Source: Candidatus Veblenbacteria bacterium (GTDB lineage: Bacteria > Patescibacteriota > Patescibacteriia > Veblenbacterales > UBA10138). Taken from it: a stretch of DNA of 64,000 bases. Numbering within the stretch: the first letter of the stretch is position 1; the number at the start of each line of letters is the position of its first letter. The notes under the pieces are model-generated. The model saw only the letters and a program-made list of their open reading frames with translations. It did not search any database and was not told the DNA's origin. The position numbers and the translations under genes are program-made. Positions 1 through 9,831 of the stretch are shown here, piece by piece. Location of the stretch: NCBI GenBank assembly GCA_030700105.1, contig JAUYKG010000016.1, positions 2,863 through 66,862 of the forward strand, in the 5' to 3' direction.

Positions 1-3000
1 CAGCCGAGACAAGTTCAGTGGTGCCAGAAGAAGCATCAGCCGATAGTCCGGCCGGAGCAGACCTGCCAGCAGTTCAAGAATCGGAGCTGCCGCTGTTCCA
101 CCTGCGCTTAGCGCTTGGTGGCACCGAATGGCAGCCCTTAGTGGATGTGCCGGTGAGCGTGGGTGCCGAATTACCCGGTGAAGTAGTTTTGCCTTTGTCG
201 GTGCTGGATAATTTGGAGGCTGTGCAGATTGCGCTGGTGGCCCCCAGGCGCGAAGAGGCGTCCATGTATGTGTATTTGGACGCACTGGCTATCGAGGTGG
301 ACTACAAAACAGATTTGTTTACTCCTTTACGGCAACTGGTCCAGCAAAACGATGCCGTGGCCACGGAGTCGTTGGAAATGCCGGCTAATCTGGTGTTTAA
401 TGTGGCAACCACTGATTTTGCCGCTGACGAGGATGTGGTTTTTGATTTGGATTATACGGTGGAACTTATGGGCTTGGGGTACGTGAGGGAGCGTAGTGCT
501 TCAGCTGAAAGCGATAACCTTGTCCCGGATTTTACGATTATTGAGGAAGAGACCACGCCAGCAACGGAGAAAGAGCAGTCTGCCGATATCGTGCCTGAAC
601 CAGGCGAGCAAACATCAAGCGAGACATCTACGAGCGAGGAGTCTACTATTCCCGAGCCCAGTGAGGCATCATCCAGCCCGGAATCTTCAGCCCCGACAGA
701 AACGCCAATCCAAATAGAGCCGCCGGTGCCAGAGGTAGTGCCTGCTCAGACGTCTGAAACTCCGCCCGCCACCATTGAACCACCAGTCCAAGAAGAGGTG
801 CCAATTTCAGTAGGCTCTAAGCCGTGGCGGTCGTTGGTCTTAATCGCTCCAGCGGCGGCGGCCGACACTAAGATTGATATCGTTTCCGCCCAGGTTACAT
901 ACCAGGGCGCGCAGCAGCCGGATCTGGTGCCGGTAATGGAAGAAGTGGGAGCGAGCCAGCGTCTAAAGCTTCCGCGCCCCAGTAACTCGTTCCGTCCCGG
1001 CGCGTACCACCTGGTCGTGGAGCTGACGGATGGGCAAACAACAGTGCAGGTGAGCCAGGATTTTACCTGGGGAGTTTTAGCTATTAACACGAATAAGTCG
1101 GTGTACCAGCCGGGTGAGACCGCGTATTTACAAATGGCGGCGTTGGATGATGCCGGACATACTTTGTGCGAGGCTAATTTACAGATCGCCATTACCTCGC
1201 CCGCAGGGGAACAAGTTACGCTACTAGTAAGCGACGGTAGCATTAGTTTAAGTCCTACCTGCGGCCCGGACAATGTAACAGATGAGCCGGATTACTTTGC
1301 TCGCTACCCGTTGGCTGAGGCGGGTACCTACCGCCTTACGCTTACCAACCTGGACACTGGGCACGGGATAACAGGCGAGGTGGAGGTATGGCAGAGCGTA
1401 CCCTATGTAGTGGAACGCGTAGGGGCTACGCGTATAAACCCTTTTAAGAGCAAGTACCGCATGACGCTTCTAGTAACCGCGCTAGACGGATTTAACGGAG
1501 AACTGCGTGAGGTGGTGCCGGAGGGTTTTGAGGTGGAAGCAGAGACTGGCGGCGAGGTGCGGGCCGGCGAGCAGGGCAGCGTGGTGGCGTGGCGTTTGGA
1601 GCTTGAGCCGGGTGAGAATGCTCAGGTGGCGTATGTATACCAAGCACCCGAGGAGTCTCCACAATTTTACCTTTTGGGCCCGGCTGAGCTGGGCGAACCA
1701 TCATTCCCCCTGGGGCAGTTCTTTGGAGTGTTTGGTGATGTGGTGTTTAATGAAACGCGGCAGTGGCAACTGGCCTCTGATGCCGCTTGGTACTCCGCCA
1801 GTTGGTCCTACCGGGTCAAAGTAACTGTGCAAAATGCCGAGGTGGATGCTGACCTGACGAATTTTCCTGTTTATGTGAACTTGGCGAACTTGCCTGCAGG
1901 ATTTCATACCAACGTCAACCAGACTGATGCCCGGGACATCAGGGTGACAAAATCCGACGGTACTACCGAGCTGGCCCGTGAAGTGGTGTTTTATACCGCC
2001 GCATCTGATACAGGCGAGCTTCATTTCCTGGCTAATTCTTTAGCTAATGCTTCTGATACAGATTTCTATATCTATTATGGAAATGCGGGAGCTTCAGATT
2101 ATGGAGTAACTGATACCTATGGCAGGAATGCCGTATGGGCGGGATATGTGGGAGTTTTTCATTTTAACGAATCATCTGGCGGAGCGGGAGCAATCATAGA
2201 TTCCAGTGGTACAGGGAATGATGCGACTGATACAAATAGTCCGACGTTCGCACAAGCGGGTCAATTAGGAAAATCTATTTATTTCAATGGTGGTACAACA
2301 TTTCCATATATCCGAATAGGAAGCACAAGTCTTTCTTTAACAGATTTCACCATATCTTCTTGGATGAAGTTGATGACTGGCACCACAGAGAATAACGAGA
2401 TGCTTGATTATATAGCTGGAACTGCACCTGACCGTATTCTTATCCGTCCAATAGCAGAATATTTAAAAGTCAACGGAACAACAAAACAAGGAGTCGTAAC
2501 CGCAGACAATAGAGATGCGTGGCATTATTTTGCTTTAACGAAAAACAATTCAACCCCCCTCGCAGAGTATTTCAGGGATGCAATATCAGTAACGACTTTT
2601 GCTTTTACTGCGGGAGCTTCAGATTATGCAGCAACATACGCTGGGGCAAGGTCGTACCACTCTATTTTTTATGAAGATGAGCTTCGTATTAGAACAACGG
2701 TATCGTCAGACGAATGGCTCGCCGCTGAATATTCAAACCAAAACACGCCCACAACATTTTATGCGGTGGGGGCGGAGGAGACCCCCCTCCGCGTCCAAGG
2801 CGTGGTCTATATGGCCAATGAGAGCACCTTGGGTACTTCAGGCAATAGCGGCCCTTGTGATGGCAGTACCGCGGTCATCTCCATACGCATCAATGGGGGT
2901 ACCGCAGCCACGGGCTCGTGTAACGCTACCACGGCAGCCTTTGACATTACCGCTGTTTCAGCCGCCGCTTCCGGCGACACCATCACCGTCTACCTCACCT

Positions 3001-6000
3001 CCACCATGAAAGCCAACACGGTCTATGTCTCGGACGGCAACGCTGATACGGGCATAGACCTGTACGAGAACACGCTCGTGGTGGGGCACGTGAACGCTGG
3101 CCCTGCTACCATTCTCGACCTCCTTGACTACGACAGTACGACCAATAACACTGATATGCTGTTTGACGCCGTGGACGCCACCCCCGACACCTTAACTGTG
3201 GAAGACGGGGTAGAGCTCCACGTACGCACCGCAGAAACCCTGACCCCTGGGGGCACCGTCACCACCTCGTCCTCCTCAAATGGTGCTGATACCAATAAAG
3301 ACGGGGATATCCACATAGATGGCACGGGTACCCTTAGTATGGGTACTAACACCCTCTCGGTCGGTGGGGACTTTAACAATGAAGGCACTTTTTCTAAATC
3401 AACCGGCCAAACCACCACCTTCACCGCTGCCGCCACTGGCCACACTATTACGGACGGGGGAGAGAACTTTGACTCCGTCGCCTTTAACGGTTCGGGCGGT
3501 CCCTGGTACTCCTCCTCCTGGCCCTATCGCGTTAAGGTAACCATTCAAAACACCGAGGTTGACGCTGATCTAACGAGCTTCCCGGTCTACGTCAACCTAG
3601 CCAATTTACCAGCTGGTTTCCACACCAACGTCAACCAAACAGACGCGCGGGACATCAGGGTCACCAAAGCCGACGGCACCACGGAACTGGCCCGAGAAGT
3701 CATGTTCTATACCGCCGCTTCGGACACGGGAGAACTACACTTTCTCGCCGACGCTCTTTCCAATGCCTCTGATACCGATTTCTATATCTACTATGGCAAT
3801 GCGGCTGCGTCTGACTATGCCGTTACGGATACCTATGGCAGAAATGCGGTGTGGGGAGATTACGAAGGTGTTTGGCATTTGAACGAAGCAAGTTCAACCA
3901 GAGTAGATTCCAGCGGGAACGGGAATGATATGACCGATAACAATACCGTTTTATCAGCCGCTGGAAAGCTGGCTGGAAACGGAGCAGATTTTGAAACTTC
4001 CGTCCCAGAATATCTTTCCCGAACCGATGCTAATTTGAGCGCAGGATTTCCTGGTAAAAACGGTACTACACCAGCGGCACTCACTGTTTCTTGGTGGTTC
4101 AAACTGGAATCTTTCGTTACGACAAATGTGATGAATATGATTGCCAAGAATGCCACTACGGAAAATCCATATTTTGGGTATGTATATCCTACAGCTGGGA
4201 ATGATTTTCGGGCACAATTAAGTACTACCATTGCCTCGGCTGCCGATTCTGTGACTTCGGCTGGTGTATGGTATAGAGGAGCTTTGGTATGGGATGGAGC
4301 AGATGCTCAAACTTATATAGACGGCGTGGCAAGCGGTTCATCTGTTTCGGTTTCGTCTGTTCCAACAAATACAGGAAGCCTTTGGTTTGGAACAAGAGGA
4401 AGCTTAGGCACAACCCGTTCTATGGATGGCGTCATTGATGAGATTCGTATCCAAGTCATTGACCGCTCTGCCGACTGGGAAGCCGCCGAATACAGCAACC
4501 AGAGTGCCTCAGCCACGTTTTACAGCGTAGGGGAACAGGAAGGGGCCTGGTATAATGCCAGTTGGGATTATCGGGTAAAAGTAACCATTCAAAATGGTGA
4601 GGTGGACGCCGATCTCACCAGCTTCCCGGTTTACGTCAACCTAGCCAATTTACCAGCTGGTTTCCACACCAACGTCAACCAAACAGACGCGCGGGACATC
4701 GGGGTCACCAAAGCCGACGGCACCACGGAACTGGCCCGTGAAGTCGTGTTCTATACCGCCGCCTCTGATACGGGTGAGCTCCACTTCCTGGCTGACTCCC
4801 TGTCTAATACTGTTGATACTGATTTCTACATCTATTACGGCAACGCCGCTGCCTCTGACTATGCCGTTACCGATACCTATGGCAGAAATGCGGTGTGGGC
4901 AAATCATCTTGCAGTTTATCACTTGGCTGATACCCCAACGGGAAGCGCGGGAGACATAACCGACTCATCGGGGAATGGGAAGCATATGACCTCTGTCAAT
5001 ATGGACAGTGGGAATGTGGTGGCTGGGGCTTGGGGCACTGCTTTGGCCTTTAACGGTACAGACGAGTATGCGCTTATTGCAGAGGCACTTAACGCCACAC
5101 TTCCCGCATCGGTCACTGCAATTGTTAAGCCAACGGATGTTGGGGCAGCAACGGAACGATACTTTTTCTCAACTGCGAAGTCAACCGATGACCTTAACGA
5201 ACAAGTTGCAGGTATAAGGAATACCGATACATATATAACACTCACAAGAGGAGGAGCCCCCAGTGCAGTTGCGGAATCAACGATAGATATGACAGACGAC
5301 GCATATGCTCACGTGGCAAGCGTTTGGACTTCAGCAACGAGCAGAGCGGCATATCTTGATGGTGCAAATAAGGGGACAAACACCACATCAAAAACCGCTG
5401 CTGGGCTTGATAGGAGTGCGATTGGCGTTCGTGCGCGGTCTTCACTTGGAGCATATTGGGAGGGAGAGATTGATGAAATTCGTCTTTACGACGGAACATT
5501 GTCTGACCAATGGATAGCTGCCGAGGCCAGCAACCAGAACACGCCTACTACTTTCTACAGTGTGGGGTCAGTCGATGGTTCTAGCGGTGGCTGGTCCTTT
5601 GCTGACAGCACCACTATAGACGTGGACCTTACCCTGACCGCCGGTACCCTCTCCGGCACCCAAGACCTCACCGTGAACGGAGGAGACGTTACTGGCGACG
5701 GGGACATTAACCTTACTGGTGGTACCTTCCTCTTAGATGGAGCCTCTACCACTGGTTTTGGTGGCGCTACCGCCTGGGACTTTAACAACCTTACCCTGGG
5801 GGATGGTACGGGTACTACGACCACGACCGCAATAGGAGCGGGCGGTGTGACGGTGGCTGCTACGCTCACTATTGCTGCTAACCAAACGCTTGATATGAAC
5901 ACGAACGATCCGCCTCTGGATGTGAATGGTGCTGTTTCCATTAGTGGTACTCTCACTGCTTCGCAAACCGCCGTTTTCTCCGTGGCAGGGGACTTTACCA

Positions 6001-6854
6001 ACAACGGCACCTTCAATAACTCCTCGGGCACCGTTACCTTTGACGGTGCTGGCACCAGTACATTCAACGGTTCCAGCGCTCCGGCCATTACTTTCCACCA
6101 CTTCACCTCCACGACGGCTGGCAAGGTCCTTTCCTTTACCGAGGCCAAAACATTCCGTATTAACGGTGTTCTTACCATCCGCGGCTCCAGCGGCAACCAA
6201 ATTACCATTCGTTCCACTTCAGCCTCCAACCAGTGGCTCATTAACCACCAAGGTACGGAGAGCGTTCAGTACGCAGCCATTTATGATTCAGGGTGCGATG
6301 GCTCAAGTACCTACATTTCTCTGGACAACACCTCCAGTGACGGCGACGGTAACAACGGTACCTGCTGGCTGTTCCCCAGTTTGTCCTTCACCCTCAGCTC
6401 CACTTCAGCCAGCTTAGATTTGAACAGTGCTAATACCTTTACCACCACTGCCTCCACCACGCTCACGGTTACGGCCCGCTCGGCCTTTGGCTACCAGGGT
6501 TACGCTAAACAAACGGATAACCTGAGGCATACCGCCGACGCAGGTATCACCATAGCCGATTGGACCGGCACCAATGCTTCTCCCACGGTATTTAACGAGA
6601 CGTGCATAGCCAACGGTGCTAAGTGCGGGTGGGGGTACAACACGAACGATGCTGGCCTTACCCAGTTCGTGGATTCAACGTACTATGCCGGTTTTGTGCA
6701 GAGCACTACGGGCCCGGGCGATATCGTAGCCACGGCTTCGGGCCCAGTATCGTCCGACGCGACTATTATCACCTATCGTGCCAGCGTGGCTATGACGCAG
6801 GCCGCCGGGCCGTACCAAACAACGGTGGTTTATATAGTTACACCGCAATTCTAG
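1..6854 (+). CDS. Giant surface protein/adhesin (5'-partial): P/E-rich linker, MG2-like domain, 3x DUF2341+LamG modules, beta-helix-like repeats, WxL-like C-terminal domain
   Basis: Frame is open to the window edge (ORF track 18..6854, 2278 aa). Three WYxxSWxYRVKVT...FYIYYGN (DUF2341) units are each followed by a LamG-like domain (…DEIRI/DELRI). C-terminus AGPYQTTVVYIVTPQF. Confidence 0.85.
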   Translation, partial: AETSSVVPEEASADSPAGADLPAVQESELPLFHLRLALGGTEWQPLVDVPVSVGAELPGEVVLPLSVLDNLEAVQIALVAPRREEASMYVYLDALAIEVDYKTDLFTPLRQLVQQNDAVATESLEMPANLVFNVATTDFAADEDVVFDLDYTVELMGLGYVRERSASAESDNLVPDFTIIEEETTPATEKEQSADIVPEPGEQTSSETSTSEESTIPEPSEASSSPESSAPTETPIQIEPPVPEVVPAQTSETPPATIEPPVQEEVPISVGSKPWRSLVLIAPAAAADTKIDIVSAQVTYQGAQQPDLVPVMEEVGASQRLKLPRPSNSFRPGAYHLVVELTDGQTTVQVSQDFTWGVLAINTNKSVYQPGETAYLQMAALDDAGHTLCEANLQIAITSPAGEQVTLLVSDGSISLSPTCGPDNVTDEPDYFARYPLAEAGTYRLTLTNLDTGHGITGEVEVWQSVPYVVERVGATRINPFKSKYRMTLLVTALDGFNGELREVVPEGFEVEAETGGEVRAGEQGSVVAWRLELEPGENAQVAYVYQAPEESPQFYLLGPAELGEPSFPLGQFFGVFGDVVFNETRQWQLASDAAWYSASWSYRVKVTVQNAEVDADLTNFPVYVNLANLPAGFHTNVNQTDARDIRVTKSDGTTELAREVVFYTAASDTGELHFLANSLANASDTDFYIYYGNAGASDYGVTDTYGRNAVWAGYVGVFHFNESSGGAGAIIDSSGTGNDATDTNSPTFAQAGQLGKSIYFNGGTTFPYIRIGSTSLSLTDFTISSWMKLMTGTTENNEMLDYIAGTAPDRILIRPIAEYLKVNGTTKQGVVTADNRDAWHYFALTKNNSTPLAEYFRDAISVTTFAFTAGASDYAATYAGARSYHSIFYEDELRIRTTVSSDEWLAAEYSNQNTPTTFYAVGAEETPLRVQGVVYMANESTLGTSGNSGPCDGSTAVISIRINGGTAATGSCNATTAAFDITAVSAAASGDTITVYLTSTMKANTVYVSDGNADTGIDLYENTLVVGHVNAGPATILDLLDYDSTTNNTDMLFDAVDATPDTLTVEDGVELHVRTAETLTPGGTVTTSSSSNGADTNKDGDIHIDGTGTLSMGTNTLSVGGDFNNEGTFSKSTGQTTTFTAAATGHTITDGGENFDSVAFNGSGGPWYSSSWPYRVKVTIQNTEVDADLTSFPVYVNLANLPAGFHTNVNQTDARDIRVTKADGTTELAREVMFYTAASDTGELHFLADALSNASDTDFYIYYGNAAASDYAVTDTYGRNAVWGDYEGVWHLNEASSTRVDSSGNGNDMTDNNTVLSAAGKLAGNGADFETSVPEYLSRTDANLSAGFPGKNGTTPAALTVSWWFKLESFVTTNVMNMIAKNATTENPYFGYVYPTAGNDFRAQLSTTIASAADSVTSAGVWYRGALVWDGADAQTYIDGVASGSSVSVSSVPTNTGSLWFGTRGSLGTTRSMDGVIDEIRIQVIDRSADWEAAEYSNQSASATFYSVGEQEGAWYNASWDYRVKVTIQNGEVDADLTSFPVYVNLANLPAGFHTNVNQTDARDIGVTKADGTTELAREVVFYTAASDTGELHFLADSLSNTVDTDFYIYYGNAAASDYAVTDTYGRNAVWANHLAVYHLADTPTGSAGDITDSSGNGKHMTSVNMDSGNVVAGAWGTALAFNGTDEYALIAEALNATLPASVTAIVKPTDVGAATERYFFSTAKSTDDLNEQVAGIRNTDTYITLTRGGAPSAVAESTIDMTDDAYAHVASVWTSATSRAAYLDGANKGTNTTSKTAAGLDRSAIGVRARSSLGAYWEGEIDEIRLYDGTLSDQWIAAEASNQNTPTTFYSVGSVDGSSGGWSFADSTTIDVDLTLTAGTLSGTQDLTVNGGDVTGDGDINLTGGTFLLDGASTTGFGGATAWDFNNLTLGDGTGTTTTTAIGAGGVTVAATLTIAANQTLDMNTNDPPLDVNGAVSISGTLTASQTAVFSVAGDFTNNGTFNNSSGTVTFDGAGTSTFNGSSAPAITFHHFTSTTAGKVLSFTEAKTFRINGVLTIRGSSGNQITIRSTSASNQWLINHQGTESVQYAAIYDSGCDGSSTYISLDNTSSDGDGNNGTCWLFPSLSFTLSSTSASLDLNSANTFTTTASTTLTVTARSAFGYQGYAKQTDNLRHTADAGITIADWTGTNASPTVFNETCIANGAKCGWGYNTNDAGLTQFVDSTYYAGFVQSTTGPGDIVATASGPVSSDATIITYRASVAMTQAAGPYQTTVVYIVTPQF
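1788..2138 (+). repeat. DUF2341 module copy 1
   Basis: Protein nearly identical to copies 2 and 3, with many synonymous DNA differences. Confidence 0.9.
3504..3854 (+). repeat. DUF2341 module copy 2
   Basis: 3576-3718 matches 4620-4762 with 4 mismatches in 143 nt. Confidence 0.9.
4548..4898 (+). repeat. DUF2341 module copy 3
   Basis: Direct repeat of copy 2 at an offset of 1044 nt. Confidence 0.9.
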
Positions 6855-6871
6855 GAAAAGCAGTATAAAAA

Positions 6872-6913
6872 CAGTATACAGTATTAAGTATTCAGTATTT
6901 AGTATTTGGTATG
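6872..6913 (+). repeat. Heptamer tandem array nAGTATw (left arm, element A)
   Basis: CAGTATA CAGTATT AAGTATT CAGTATT TAGTATT TGGTATG; the last unit contains the ATG of the four-helix-bundle gene. Confidence 0.9.
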
Positions 6914-7285
6914 GAGAATCCTAAAATTCATTCGTTCAAGGATTTAGTTGTGTGGCAAAAGGCGATTGAACTCGCAGTTATTGTGTACCAACTAACCCAG
7001 AAGTTCCCTAATCAGGAAACATACGGGTTGGTTTCCCAGCTCCGTCGTGCCGCGGTATCGGTTTCTTCCAATATCGCCGAAGGGTTTACCCGTAGCTCTC
7101 GTCGAGAGAAGGTGCAGTTCTATGCCATAGCGCGCGGATCGCTGGCAGAAGTAGAAAGTCAGCTTGAGTTAGCGAGGCGAGTTGGCTATGTGCCTAATAA
7201 CGATTATCATGCGTGCGGTGCTCAACTTGAGGACGTTCGTAGGTTATTGGGTAAGTTCGTTTCAGCAGCAACCGATAAGCCATGA
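6911..7285 (+). CDS. Four helix bundle protein (23S rRNA intervening-sequence protein / Avd-like, TIGR02436)
   Basis: SFKDLVVWQKA…FP…E.YGLVSQLRRAAVSVSSNIAEG…ARGSLAEVESQL is the family signature. Confidence 0.93.
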   Translation: MENPKIHSFKDLVVWQKAIELAVIVYQLTQKFPNQETYGLVSQLRRAAVSVSSNIAEGFTRSSRREKVQFYAIARGSLAEVESQLELARRVGYVPNNDYHACGAQLEDVRRLLGKFVSAATDKP

Positions 7286-8460
7286 AAAGAAATCTTATAC
7301 TTCTGGCCGTCGTGCTGAGTACTGTATACGGTATACTGTATACTTCTTCGGCAGCTGCTGCCGAAGTTGGTTTCAGTGTGTCCGAGAGTTTGTTTGACAT
7401 CTCCTTGCCGCCCGGGGCCGAACAAGAGGTGCAGTTGGTGGTGTTCAACCAGTCCAACGCCGAGCCATTGCCCGTGCACCTGGAGCTTACCTTGTGGGGC
7501 TTGAACGATGATACCGACAGCATAGAGTTTACGACCGCCGATGAAGCGCTTAATGCCGCGCGCTGGTTTGAGCTTGCGGGTACGCCGGATTTTATTCTAC
7601 AGCCTACGGGAGAGCATGAGGTCGTGTGGAACATCAGCGTACCACCCGAAGCTCCAGCTGGTTCGTACTTGGTAATGGCGCGATTCATACCGGCACTGCC
7701 GGAGCATTACTTTAGCGAAGCGGGTCCGCGTTCCGTACCCGAACTCGGCGTGTTGTTCTTTATTAAGGTGGTGCCTTTGGGTTTTGAGATGGCTGATTCG
7801 TACCGGGCGAGTATAACTTCGTTCCAGCCACAAGGCAGAGGCTGGAAGTTCATACCCGGGGCTGAGGCCGCCGCCAAGGCGGGGCAAGCCGGCGTGTACG
7901 GCAGCCTAGCCAGTGCTTTTCAAGCTCTGGTGAAGAATGAAGGTTTGTACTTTTTCAAAGCGCAAGGGACCGTTGAGGTCAGAGGCTGGTGGGGGAGGCA
8001 GGTGGCGCACTTCGTCTTACCTGAGAAATACCTATTACCGGGTAACACCCGGCAGCTGACAGCACAAAGTGAAACCGAATCCTGGTTCAAGCGTCGGTTG
8101 CATTTCGGGCTGTATCATGCTCAGCTGGCCTTGGCGGTGCCGAACCACGACTTGCCGGTAGTCTCCGAGGTATCATTTTGGGTGATTCCCTGGGACTTTA
8201 TCCTGGCCCTACTAGCTGTAGCTGGTGCGATAATAGCCAGCCGGAGGCGGGTGTGGGCTGCGGCTAGGGCTTTGGCTATCCCTCAGGCTATCTCCCCTAT
8301 TGACCATTCTGACAGTTATGGTATAATTAACCCGTCTTTACCAAGCCCTCCCAAGGCGCGTTCTTGGCCAGGCACTGCCTCGGTCAAGAAAAAGCCCAAG
8401 AGGACGCCACGACGCTTGAGCGAAAAGGCACGCTCTCGCCGCCGTTTAATCCAAGATTAA
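7282..8460 (+). CDS. DUF916-like (WxL-interacting/chaperone-like) membrane-anchored secreted protein
   Basis: Signal peptide, ISVPPEAPAGSY and VKNEG motifs, FWVIPW followed by a TM helix; paralogous to 9832..10788. Confidence 0.7.
   Translation: MKRNLILLAVVLSTVYGILYTSSAAAAEVGFSVSESLFDISLPPGAEQEVQLVVFNQSNAEPLPVHLELTLWGLNDDTDSIEFTTADEALNAARWFELAGTPDFILQPTGEHEVVWNISVPPEAPAGSYLVMARFIPALPEHYFSEAGPRSVPELGVLFFIKVVPLGFEMADSYRASITSFQPQGRGWKFIPGAEAAAKAGQAGVYGSLASAFQALVKNEGLYFFKAQGTVEVRGWWGRQVAHFVLPEKYLLPGNTRQLTAQSETESWFKRRLHFGLYHAQLALAVPNHDLPVVSEVSFWVIPWDFILALLAVAGAIIASRRRVWAAARALAIPQAISPIDHSDSYGIINPSLPSPPKARSWPGTASVKKKPKRTPRRLSEKARSRRRLIQD
7311..7345 (+). repeat. Inverted heptamer array (right arm, element A)
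   Basis: CGTGCTG AGTACTG TATACGG TATACTG TATACTT is the reverse complement of the nAGTATw array, inside a signal-peptide coding region. Confidence 0.85.
8300..8327 (+). promoter_or_regulatory. Sigma70-type promoter for the 8477 gene, inside the tail of the upstream CDS
   Basis: TTGACC-16 nt-TATAAT with extended -10 TG. Confidence 0.75.
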
Positions 8461-8476
8461 TTAAACAAACACGCCT

Positions 8477-9751
8477 ATGCAGTACCTCTATCGTTTCTTA
8501 CGTAAGCCCAACGCCAAGCCGAGCGTGATGGGTCTTGTTTTTGTAACCGTATTGGCGCTTTCCGGGCTGTATGCTTTGGGGGTGCCTCAGCGCACCAATG
8601 CTGCCGCTTTAACAAGCGTAAAGGCTACCCTGAGCGATTCCCGTCCTGGCAACGATGCCAACTGGACCATCCAGTTTGTTATGCCAACCCTCATCAATGA
8701 GAACGACACGATCGTGTTGGGCATTGACACCATAGCCACCGCGGACGAGTTTAACCTCGCCGATATTGCCGAAGCCGCCGGTGCTTCTGACTTTGATTTA
8801 GCGGAGGATACCGACGGCAGCCCGGGTAGCTGCAGTGGCACGCTAACGGACGAAACGTTGGATGCGTCAGCTGGTGCCGCCGCCTGGGGCGTGGGCGTGA
8901 ACACCACTACGGATACCATTACCTTTACCGCGCCTTCTGGCGTCGCCACCTATATTGCCGCCAGCGCTTGCGTGGTCATTGAAATTGGCACCAACGCGAC
9001 CAATGAATTCACGGGCGTGAACCAGATAAACAACCCCTCCAAAACAGCTGCCGCCGGCACGGCCGATGTTAACGACGTGGCTATTAGTTTTACCGGTAAC
9101 GCGGCGGCTGATAGCGGCACGGCCCTGGTTGCTACCGTGGAAGGCGTAACCGTGTCTGTTACGATCGACGAATCACTCTCCGTGGTACTGGCCGAAGTAG
9201 CGGCCGCAAGTTGTCCTAGTACTCTTCCTGGAACTGACAAGTCGGATGAGGCTGGCCACACAGACACAGCCATTGATTTCGGTACATTAACGAGCGGTGA
9301 CGCGTTCTACAACAGCTGTCACCAGCTTACCATTGGCACGAACGCTACCGACGGCTATAGCACGACCGTGTACAAGACCCAGTTGTTAACCGCTGGCTCA
9401 GATACTATTGCCGAGGGCGATTGCAACGCCGGTAGCTGCACCACCACGGGTTCTGGCCTGTGGACCACCACCACCGAGAACGGCTTCGGGTACTGTATGG
9501 ACGACGTAACCGGTGATGCGGCCGTCACGGCTGATGGCTCCGGCTGGACCACTGCTGAACAGTGCGACGACGCTACGCCGGAGTTCAAGCTCTTTGGCAC
9601 AGCCACCGGTAACTCACAAGCCATTATGTCCAGTGCCGCACCGGTATCAGGCGATAACAGCATTATCGCGGCCGTGCTTAACTACTCAGCGAGCCAAGCG
9701 GCCGGTACATACACCACCACGCTGGTATTCGTTACTACGCCCACCTTCTAA
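8477..9751 (+). CDS. Secreted WxL-like surface protein (candidate major subunit)
   Basis: Signal peptide, T/A/G/S-rich, paired Cys; GFGY motif and C-terminal AGTYTTTLVFVTTPTF homologous to the C-terminus of the giant adhesin. Confidence 0.7.
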   Translation: MQYLYRFLRKPNAKPSVMGLVFVTVLALSGLYALGVPQRTNAAALTSVKATLSDSRPGNDANWTIQFVMPTLINENDTIVLGIDTIATADEFNLADIAEAAGASDFDLAEDTDGSPGSCSGTLTDETLDASAGAAAWGVGVNTTTDTITFTAPSGVATYIAASACVVIEIGTNATNEFTGVNQINNPSKTAAAGTADVNDVAISFTGNAAADSGTALVATVEGVTVSVTIDESLSVVLAEVAAASCPSTLPGTDKSDEAGHTDTAIDFGTLTSGDAFYNSCHQLTIGTNATDGYSTTVYKTQLLTAGSDTIAEGDCNAGSCTTTGSGLWTTTTENGFGYCMDDVTGDAAVTADGSGWTTAEQCDDATPEFKLFGTATGNSQAIMSSAAPVSGDNSIIAAVLNYSASQAAGTYTTTLVFVTTPTF

Positions 9752-9831
9752 ACCCACGAACATCTGGCAGAGAGTTTTCCAGATTCCGCTTTGTACTTGA
9801 TGACGATACGGACAGCTGATAAATTTAATCC

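Noticed and set aside
6861..6913. CRISPR-like array
   Set aside because: Units are 7 nt and contiguous, with no spacers and no cas genes.
3576..7285. Diversity-generating retroelement (Avd-like gene plus near-identical repeats; 3 of 4 core mismatches are at A in copy 2)
   Set aside because: No reverse transcriptase in the window, both repeats are in-frame domains of one gene, and flanking differences are mostly synonymous and not adenine-specific.
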